A stretch of DNA of 25,700 nt. Source: a virus. Its lineage: Duplodnaviria; Caudoviricetes. The DNA is taken from IMG/VR virus record IMGVR_UViG_3300020042_005716, positions 1-25,700 of that record, one strand, 5' to 3'. The stretch's first letter is position 1; the number at the start of each line of letters is the position of its first letter. Below the pieces are notes generated by a model. It saw nothing but the letters and a program-made list of their open reading frames with translations, was not told where the DNA came from and did no database searches. The translations under genes were made by a program, and so were the position numbers. Below, piece after piece: positions 8,689 to 17,500 of this stretch.

Positions 8689-9119
8689 TGGCTGTTTCAC
8701 TTTTACCATCCCAAGACGCAATCTCAACCAAGCTTAACGAGCTTCCGCAAACAGTTTACGACAACACTGCACCACCTGACGAAATGTTAGAATACTCTAA
8801 CGGAACAATGCTACCTTTTATTGTGCCAATGTTTGGCGGATACTCCAGAGCCATCGAAGGCCGCGGCATCACCTCTGTGCGCAACGACTTGGGCGAAAGC
8901 TATGTTACAGTTGCATGCGTAGGCCCAACAGAACGATCAGCACGACAAGTCGCAGACCTTGTGCTAAATAAACTCACCGGGTTCAAACCGGTGAACGCTA
9001 GCGAATTAACGCCAGCGTCAAATACTGGAACCCTAGTGTTTGATAACTCAGTAAAACCAATAAAATACGTATCTGAAATCACTTTTATTTTTTATGTGAA
9101 CACAGATGTGGTATCATAG
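8688..9119 (+). CDS. Tail terminator protein
   Basis: 143 aa with VYD, PFIV and ARQVADLVLNKLTGFKP motifs. Located before the major tail gene. Confidence 0.7.
   Translation: MAVSLLPSQDAISTKLNELPQTVYDNTAPPDEMLEYSNGTMLPFIVPMFGGYSRAIEGRGITSVRNDLGESYVTVACVGPTERSARQVADLVLNKLTGFKPVNASELTPASNTGTLVFDNSVKPIKYVSEITFIFYVNTDVVS
9109..9117 (+). promoter_or_regulatory. Putative extended -10 promoter (TGgTATCAT) for the tail tube genes
   Basis: Overlaps the end of the tail terminator gene. Followed by AGGAAAGGA RBS and ATG 9141. Confidence 0.5.
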
Positions 9120-9140
9120 TAAAGATAGGAAAGGACCATC

Positions 9141-9353
9141 ATGGCACTTTTTAAACACAAGCTTACTGGTGAAATAGTTAATGCGCCTGCGCATTACGCA
9201 ACCAACCCAATCTTGGGTCGCAATCTAATTCCAGTAGATGCAGAACTTCCACCTGTTGTGGAAAAGAAGCAGAACAAAGAAGCTCCAGCGGCGCTACCAA
9301 AGGTAGAGGCCAAAAAGGGCGAAACTCTAACCATCGAGAACAAGGAAAACTAA
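9141..9353 (+). CDS. Small hypothetical protein upstream of the major tail protein
   Basis: 70 aa with a strong RBS, a compact N-terminus (FKHKLTGEIV...YATNP) and a K/E/P-rich tail. Confidence 0.75.
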   Translation: MALFKHKLTGEIVNAPAHYATNPILGRNLIPVDAELPPVVEKKQNKEAPAALPKVEAKKGETLTIENKEN

Positions 9354-9354
9354 T

Positions 9355-10431
9355 ATGGCTACTAAAATGCTACGCCCGAATGTGGGCATTTACGTTGCAG
9401 CCGCAGATGCGTTTGTTGACTGGAAGGCTCCTACCCTTGCAGAGATCACCAGTGCCACAAAGGTGTTCAACATTTCACAGGCTGTCACTGACGACTACAC
9501 ACTAAACCAGACTGAGTCTCAGTCAGACAACTCGCTGTCGATCGTTGACAACGCAGATGTTACCACCCCAACCTACTACAACTACGAGGCTTCGCTTGAC
9601 GGCTTCCGCGACGAGAACTTGACTGCAACTTCGGTTTACAACAAGTTCCGCGACCTGTTCAAGGCTCCAGATGTTAAGTACTACCTAATCAAGCGTGTTG
9701 GTCTTGCCCACACTGCCGCTTTTGCTGCAGGCCAGGAAATCAGCATTTTTGGTGTCAGAACCGACTTCCCAACTGAACTTGTTGGCGATGGCGAAATGAT
9801 CCGTCTAGGTGCACGTTTCCTAACCACTGGTGAAGTTGCTATCAACGTTCCTGTTGCTGCAGGCACTGCAAGCACTGGTCCAGAGCTTCGCACAACCATC
9901 GGTAGCAAGTCAACCTCTAACGGTAAGATCAAGGTCACTTGGGTTCCTGTTGCTGACGTAACTGCTGAGGCCACATTCCTCGCAGGCCCAGACAAGGACA
10001 TCCTAAACGGTGGAATTGAACTAACCGACGCTATTGCGTGGGACGGTTACGAGCTTGGTGCAACTGACTCGAACAAGATTGACGACCGTTCAATCATCGA
10101 CGAAGGTCAGGTACAGACTCGTGGATTCGCGCAGTTCTCTGCTTCGCTAACCTTCTTCCGTGAGGGTGACCTAGCTGACACCACTGGTGCATACGCTATC
10201 GCACGTGAGGCTTTCAAGGCTTCAACCGATGGTTCACGTCCACAGGGTTACCTAGTTACGCGTATCAACAAGGCTGCTGGGCCTGACTTCGCTGCCGCAG
10301 ATGTTGTTTCTGTTTACAAGTTTATTGCAGACGGTTACATGGACAACACCGAAGGTGAAGACAGCGTTAAGTTCATGGTCAACTTTGCCCCACAGGGTAA
10401 GCTTGCCGTGATGGTTGCTGCCGTAAGCTAG
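9355..10431 (+). CDS. Major tail (tube) protein with two tandem tube domains
   Basis: 358 aa, AAGGA RBS, high-expression codon usage, located before the chaperone and TMP. The two halves align with each other by eye. Confidence 0.88.
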   Translation: MATKMLRPNVGIYVAAADAFVDWKAPTLAEITSATKVFNISQAVTDDYTLNQTESQSDNSLSIVDNADVTTPTYYNYEASLDGFRDENLTATSVYNKFRDLFKAPDVKYYLIKRVGLAHTAAFAAGQEISIFGVRTDFPTELVGDGEMIRLGARFLTTGEVAINVPVAAGTASTGPELRTTIGSKSTSNGKIKVTWVPVADVTAEATFLAGPDKDILNGGIELTDAIAWDGYELGATDSNKIDDRSIIDEGQVQTRGFAQFSASLTFFREGDLADTTGAYAIAREAFKASTDGSRPQGYLVTRINKAAGPDFAAADVVSVYKFIADGYMDNTEGEDSVKFMVNFAPQGKLAVMVAAVS

Positions 10432-10443
10432 TCTAAATAGACC

Positions 10444-10525
10444 GGTCGGGGTGGGGACTTGCGCCCATTTGCCCCACCCCGACCTTAAACTCTAAACGGG
10501 CGACACACTTTTATGAAAGGCGCAA
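10444..10525 (+). promoter_or_regulatory. 13-bp hairpin whose loop can pair with the chaperone RBS region (candidate cis-regulatory pseudoknot)
   Basis: Perfect stem GGTCGGGGTGGGG/CCCCACCCCGACC (10444-10484). Loop is complementary to 10494-10502 and to 10519-10525. No U-tract. Confidence 0.55.
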
Positions 10526-10527
10526 TA

Positions 10528-11151
10528 ATGAGCGAAGAAACAACTACAACCACTGAGGCCCCTGTTGACGACACCGTGCAGGAAACCATTGCCCTAGTTA
10601 AGGAAGCCCACAGCAAAAAGGTTTTTAACCTTTCGGAGGTTATCAAAGGCCGTGGCTACCCGTCAAAGGATGCAACAATTTATCTAGATTCTGATTCGGC
10701 GTTCCGCCTATCCGAAATCGACGACGAACTAAACAACTACGTCGATGACGAGATTCGCGTAAAGCTTGAAGCGGAAGCTGAACAGCTTGCCGCCAAGATC
10801 AAAGAGTCGGCACTAACTTTCACAATGCGTGGCGTAAGCCAGAAAATTGTTGAAGACATCATGAAGAAGGCCAACGAAAAGTTCCCTAACCGTGAAGATG
10901 AAAACTCTGAAGACGGTCAGCTGTGGCTTCGCTACTACATCTCTTCACTGATTGCTTCAAACCTTATTCGTGTCACATCAGCTGACGGAAGCGTTGACGA
11001 GCACATCTTCACCGCTGAGGAAATGATGGAGATTCGTGAAACACTTGCGCAGGACTCTTGGAATGTTTTGGTTGAAACCATGCAACGCCTAACCCTTGCC
11101 AGTGGTTACTTTGACCAGCTGACGGATGCAGGTTTTTTACCGAAGTCTTAA
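10528..11151 (+). CDS. Tail assembly chaperone, short form (lambda gpG analogue)
   Basis: Acidic helical 207-aa protein between the tail tube and TMP genes. GAAAGG RBS at 10515-10520 favours ATG 10528. Ends with a slippery site. Confidence 0.85.
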   Translation: MSEETTTTTEAPVDDTVQETIALVKEAHSKKVFNLSEVIKGRGYPSKDATIYLDSDSAFRLSEIDDELNNYVDDEIRVKLEAEAEQLAAKIKESALTFTMRGVSQKIVEDIMKKANEKFPNREDENSEDGQLWLRYYISSLIASNLIRVTSADGSVDEHIFTAEEMMEIRETLAQDSWNVLVETMQRLTLASGYFDQLTDAGFLPKS

Positions 11152-11561
11152 CCTGGGAAGGTAATAGACAATACCTAGTCAGAGTTAAGACTGCCGTCAA
11201 GAATGGTATTCGCCCAGTCGCCATGCTGTTCCATGAACAGCCTGGTGACCCTTGGGTGCCTTTTGATTTTCTCCTTTTGGAAGCTTTTCAGATTCTGGAG
11301 GATGAAACTTGCAATGAGTGCGGCAACCCTATTTGGATTTGTCGCAACGAAGAAGCGTCTAATGTTGGTTTTAAAATTAAGATGGGTCGCTGCTTTGGTA
11401 AAGCTGAGCTTGACCGTTGGGTTGAAAAAGATTCTAAGAAGAAGACTTCTTCTAAGGGGCCTGGCGAGTACCCTTACCTTGTGGCTTACACTTACAACAA
11501 CACGCCGTTCCCTTCAAGGACAGACTATTATCAGTCATTAATTGCAAGAGATAGTGTATAA
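10528..11561 (+). CDS. Tail assembly chaperone, frameshifted long form (gpGT analogue, ~344 aa)
   Basis: The -1 frame reads TEVLTWEGNRQYLVRVKTAVKNGIRPVAMLFHEQ... and joins the 11223..11561 ORF, which has no RBS of its own. Contains a CNECGNPIWIC...C cysteine cluster. Confidence 0.8.
11133..11139 (+). other. -1 programmed ribosomal frameshift heptamer T TTT TTA
   Basis: X XXY YYZ heptamer in the correct phase (GGT TTT TTA), three codons before the stop. The -1 frame is open to 11561. Confidence 0.85.
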
Positions 11562-11562
11562 T
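11557..11562 (+). promoter_or_regulatory. Putative -10 box (TATAAT) upstream of the TMP gene
   Basis: Overlaps the chaperone stop codon. AGGAG RBS at 11582-11586 and GTG start at 11592. Confidence 0.45.
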
Positions 11563-11591
11563 ATACATAAAGACAATTTCTAGGAGTTTCG

Positions 11592-14500
11592 GTGGCTGAA
11601 GACTTTAATATCAGAATTAGTGCTGACACGTCTGACGCACGTTCTGAGCTTGCCAAGTTTAAAAAAGTTGCGATAGATGCCGCCAAGTCTACCAGGCAAG
11701 CCATGTCGCAAATCATTGATATTAGCGATTCTTTCTCCACAACAAACAGCGTCGGGGAACTTAAAAAACTTACTTCTCAAATTGTTAAGCTTAAAAAAGC
11801 TGCAGGCGACAAAGGCATAGTCACTTTAGACTCAAACACATCTTTAGCTAAGGTTGTGGAGAACGCCCTTAAACCAAGCAAAGCAAAAGGCTCTAACGCC
11901 TCTGAGATTAAAAGACTTCAAAAGCAACTTTCGAAGGTTGTTTCAGCGCCTTCTGAAAACATCACCCAGGTAACATCTTTACTTGAAAGTATGCGCGGTG
12001 CTGTTTCTTTGCTTTCCCGCCCAAACAAGCAAGCCGCAAAAGAAGCTACTCAGCTTCGTCGCGAACTGGACAACCTTCGCAAAGAGTTCACAGCTCTTTC
12101 TAGGAGCGTAAATGCTGGCACTGCTACCCCGCAAGATCGTGCCAGAAAAACACAGCTAGAATCTTTTATACCTAAAACGCAGGCAAGACTTGCAAGTGCG
12201 GTTGCGGCATCTAAGCCTTCTGGCGAGATGAAGCGCATGCTTGAGACCGCTCAGCGCGGTGTTATTGAGGGCACACAGAACCTTCAGGGGCTTTTGGAAA
12301 ACCTTGTTGACTTCGCTGAGACCCTGGACCAGACAACCACTGGCGCAATCTCTGGTGCCGGCCAGGACCTTCTCTCAGGCAACGCTGTGCGCTCACTTGC
12401 CAAAAACCTTCAAGCAGCCACTGGTTCTAACGCCAACCGTGCTGAAATTGTAAGAGCTGTCACAAGTCAGGTTGTTAGCCAACTTTCTGTTAGGCCATCC
12501 AGAATGTCAAAGCCTTTGTCTCGTTCAGAGCAGGCAAAGCTTCAGGGCAAGAGCAGCATTTTCCAGTACGAAAAGTTTGGGGCAAGCGCTTTCACTGAAA
12601 GAGATCAAACAAGTTCTTCTGGCGTAATGCACAACATTGTGGCCGCAGCGCTACAAGCAATGTACCCAGATCGCGCAAAGCGTGGTCAAGGTCTTGCTGT
12701 AACCTTTAAGGGCATGAAGGATGAAATAGCAAAACTAGGAAAAGATTCAAACGATAACAAGTCTGAAGAAACTGGTTTTCTTTCTGAGATTGAATCATTA
12801 ACCGAAGCAGTTGTTAACGGCCTTGAAGAAATGATCAAAAAAGATGAGGGCGAAGAAGCTGCAGCTTACAAGGGGCGTACTCGCAAACTGAGCGCAGCCC
12901 AAGCTTCAGTTAAAGAAGCCTTCAGCTCAATGCAAACAGTTGAAGGAAACCCTGACGAACAAGCCAACACAAAAGAACTTGAAGCTTACGTTCGAGGACT
13001 ACTAAAAGATCTTTCCTTTGGTGCCAGAGGTGGCAAGGGTGGCAAGCGCATCGGTGGAAGCTTTGTGCCAACACAGTGGGACAAGCTGGAAAAAACTGGC
13101 GGCTACATTGAAGGCGGCTACAGGGCCAAGGACATGAACATGGGCTTCTTCCCAGTTGAAGAAGCAACAGCAATGCAAGACGGTTTCCAGTACGCCACTG
13201 TTACTGCGCAAGAGTTTGCCGACGCAATGCTCATCGCTGTTGAGGTTTTTTCAGAATTGCAAAAGGTTGTTCCAAACCCAGGTCAGCTTGTGCCTTACGC
13301 TGGCAACAAGGCTTTGTCCACCACAACACCAGTGCCGAAGCTGACTCAAGAACAGATTGCTGCTTGGCTTAAAGATAACCCACAGGGTTTTAAACCTGGC
13401 GTAAAGCTTGGAGCTTCTGAAGCTGTTTTTGGTAAGAACACGATTGGCACAACAGTATCGGCAATGATTGATGCTGTAAACAAAAAGTTTATGGAGCCAA
13501 CTGGCAACGTAAGCGAAATCAACTCTGTTGTTGACCTTTTTGAAAAACTTTCTCCTTCGATGCAAAACCTTATTGGTGTTATTGAAGATCTCGCAATAGT
13601 TGAGGGAAAGATTACTGCAAGCTTTGCACGAAGCCCTGGCCAAGACGAAACAATGGGGCTGAACCTGAGCGGCCCACACATGAACACGCTGGAACAACTT
13701 TTCAGCTCTCTAAACTTTAACCCTGCAGCAACCATTAATGGAAATAAATATCAGGGCGGAAACTATCCTGGTCTTGGTTTATCAACAAGCGCAATAAATG
13801 TGCCAATACTAAAAATTGGTGAGCAGCTAAAGAAAGACTTTGCCGCAATTTACGGTGGCGACATGATGACAAGCGGCGGTAAAAAAACCACTGTTGACCC
13901 AAGAACCTTCCGACCATCAACCGCTGAGAACGCTGTTGAGATGAAAGCAATTGACGCTTTTATTGAAAACCGTCGCGCATTCATTGATTACATTGTAAAA
14001 GCTGGAAACAGGCTCGTTATTGACGACATCACAATGGGTCTACCAAATGTTGACAAAGCTTTGGATAGCGGGTCTTACACAAGATTCGGCGGCCCTGGCG
14101 CAACAGAGCAATCATACGGAGACATAGCAAGCCGGGAGCGACTATACGCTCGGGACCCAATCACAACTCGTGCTCGCGCAAACAAAATTTTTGGTGGCGC
14201 AAAAGCTGCAGACGCTGGCGTAAACACAGTTGACGGAATACGTCAAGGATTAAAAGACGGCAGCTCTTCACTCGAAATCGAATCTAGAGCTCTTGCAGAA
14301 GCACTTCTTAACGCATTCGAAAAAGAAATGGGAATCCAATCCCCATCCAAGGAAATGTATATCCGTGGACAATACACGGTTGAAGGTTTGGTCAACGCCA
14401 TCAAGGATGGCAAAGTTAAGCTTACCAAAGCTGGCAAAGAATTGGCTGACAGTTTCCACACAGGTTACTCGCAAGAAGAAAAACTTAACGCAATTGCTAG

Positions 14501-17500
14501 GATTCAAGACCTTGAAAAGCAGGGTCTAGGTAAGCCGGCAGGTGCGCTCCGTGCCTCTATGAGCAGTGCTCCTGTGCGCGATGCCGCTTCAAGCGCCACA
14601 GACATTGCAATGCGCAACAAAGAGGCCGCAAGGCTCATTGACGCCCTGGCTGGTGTTGAAGGTGCACTTATTGCTTTCGACGATGAAAAGACCGCATCAA
14701 GCGGCATGTTCGGTGTCAGCATGGTTGGTGGAACCGGTCGTGGCGACACAACAGGCATCTACCACAACATGGTTGTGCCACCAAACTTCCGCGCAAACGC
14801 AAGCGAAGCAGGCGTTCTTGGTCTCGAAGGCGACCCTACAGCAGCCCTTAAAAAGCGTGTCAAGGGCTTAGGTTACGGTCCACAAAACATTAACGACCCT
14901 TCAGCTCAACGCAAAATGGCTGAAGACTTAGCTTACCTAATTCAACGCGCACTTGACAAAAACATCCCAATCGCAATGCACAACATCGGTTACAGCGACT
15001 GGAACGACCTCATCAAACTTATGGAGAAGTTCCAAATTGATGGCGCACCTGCGCGTGACGCAGCAAACCGTGGCCTCCTAATTGAAACACAGGGCACAGC
15101 CCGAATGGCTGCAGTACCTGGCGGGAAAAAGCTTGAAGAACTTTACACAACCCTATTCGGTAAAGGCTTTAGCGCTTCTCTTCGCCCAGGCATGGGTAAC
15201 GTTCCAACAATCTCCGACAAGAACGCTGTCGCTCACGACCCAACAATCGACGCGTCAGCAACTTTAGAAATCGCTTTTGAGCTTAAAAAGATTCTTGGCG
15301 AGATGGGCTTCCAGGGCAAGGGCATTGACGGTCGCATCATTAAAGCCATTGAGGGTGGCTGGCAAAGCATCTCTGAACTTGTGCTCGGCGCTAGAACTCA
15401 TGGAGGTGCGGGTTTTGCAACTGGCAGTAACCAGTTTAGAACAAAAGCTTTATCTTACAAAGGCCTTGATGGTGGATTGGTTCCAGGAACCGGAACAAAG
15501 GTTAACGCACAAGCTGCTATGCGTGACGCGCAAAACAGCGCAAAGAGTGCTGTTGTTGCCGCGGGTAAGATTGATCGCCTAACTCGTGAAGAGCGCAACG
15601 TTCAAATTCAGCAACGCCTTGACATTATTGAAGAACTTAAGCTAAGACTAAAAGCGCTTCTTAGCGGCACTTCTGGTGTTGCCGACCCATCAAAGATTAA
15701 AGCCATTCAAAGCTTGCAATCTAAAATTAACAGCGAGATGGCCGACCCAACCATCAGTAAAGAGTGGCAGCGACGCATGGCCACAAGCGGTGGCATTGGT
15801 GGCGGAAGTGGTGCAGGCTCTTCGATTAACTCTTCAAGCGCTAACCAAGGTTTTGAGGCGGAAGCAAAGCGGCGCTCGGTAGCTTCCAAGAAGATCCAAG
15901 GCCAGATGAAAGATGAAATGTCTATCATGGGCGAGGTGGAGCGTTACAACCGCAAGATGATGGACTCGTGGATCAGCGGACGCTACGCACTCTACGACAT
16001 GGCAAACACTTACCAACAGTTCACTCGTGCAGGAATGAAGGTTGCAACATTCCTCAAACAAGCCATCATGCTGAACGCACAATACGAAACATCTTTCACC
16101 GGGGTTGAGCGTGTAATGCAACCACTCAGCGACGAGATCGCTGGCATGCGAAATGAAATCGTCAAGCTAAGCACGGAGCTACCTGTAGCTTTTGATGAGC
16201 TTTCCAGGATTAGCACACTTGCTGGTCAGATGGGTCTTACCGCTGAAAGAATCACAGAGTTCACCAGGGAAGTTTCCCAGTTTGGAACAGTGACAGGAAT
16301 TGCAACAGATGAGGTTGCGGCAAAGTTTGGTTCGATTGCGCAACTTACACACACAGCAACGAACCCTGAAGGTTTCAAGCAGCTTGGTTCTGCTGTCGCC
16401 TACGCTGGTATTAGCGCTGTTGCAACCGACCAGGAAATCCTTACACTTACTGAAAGCATTGCTTCGGCAACAACACAGGCTGGTTTTAGTGCAGACCAAA
16501 CAATTGGTTTAGCAACAGCAATTTCGTCTTTGCGTATTGCACCTGAACAGGCTCGCGGTGTTATCACCCGTTTGTTTGGTGACATCAACCGTGCAGTTGA
16601 GGGTGGCGGCCAGCCTTTGCAGGCTTACGCTAAGCACCTTGGTTTGACTGCTGAGCAAGCTAAGGAACTTTTTAAAGCTGACCCTCAAGCGTTCTTTACA
16701 AAAATGTTGGAGAACGTTAAGAATTCTCAGAACAGCACGATGGCTCTTGATGCTTTGAACATTAAGGAAACTCGTGAAGTAAACACGATTCAGAAGCTTT
16801 CTGAGAACATGGACGTTTACAACAGTTCGATGGCTGATGCTGCTGAAGCTTACAAGAATGGAACGTTCTTGTCTGAAGCTTATGGCAAGTCTCAAGACAA
16901 CGTTGCCACAAAGATCACTTTGCTGCAAAACCAGTTCAAGACTCTTCAGGATTCTATTGGTGAGGCGCTTGGGCCAGGTGTTGGTGTTGCTCTAGAGCTA
17001 ATTAACGGATTGGTTGAGGGGCTAACCAAGATCACTAAAAACCCGGTTGGCGCTTGGGCTGTTAATGGTCTTACCGCAATTGCTGGCATGCTTGCAACAA
17101 TGGTTGCTTTCACAATGGTTAGCCAAAAAGCCACTGCCAGTATGTTGGCTTTCCGAACCGCTGGAGTTGCTTTAGCAAAAATGGGCGGTGGAGAATCTGG
17201 TCTAAAAGGTTTCCTTAAGCAGCTAACTGGTCAAGAAGTTCTTATTGTTAGATCCAATGGTCGCATTGAGGCCTTGAACCGCAAGCGTTTAGAATTAGCT
17301 AAAAAGAATGGCGAAATAAACGTAGCAGACCCTGGTTCTGCAGTAGAAAGAACTTTGCTAAACGGAGCTGACCCGAGGCGTGGTGAGCTTGAAAGCACTG
17401 GCGACATGATCGCTCAAAAGAACGCCATGAGACAAGCTACGCTTGACGAAACAAACCAGGATCGCATCTCAACAACTGTAATTGATAAAAACACCACTAG

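Noticed and set aside
10444-10490. Hairpin after the major tail gene as a simple intrinsic terminator
   Set aside because: It has a 15-nt loop and only TT after the stem. Termination is not excluded, but it is reported as a candidate regulatory structure instead.
11203-11561. 11203..11541 and 11223..11561 as independent genes
   Set aside because: 11223..11561 is better explained as the -1 frameshift extension of the chaperone. 11203..11541 is an overlapping shadow frame.
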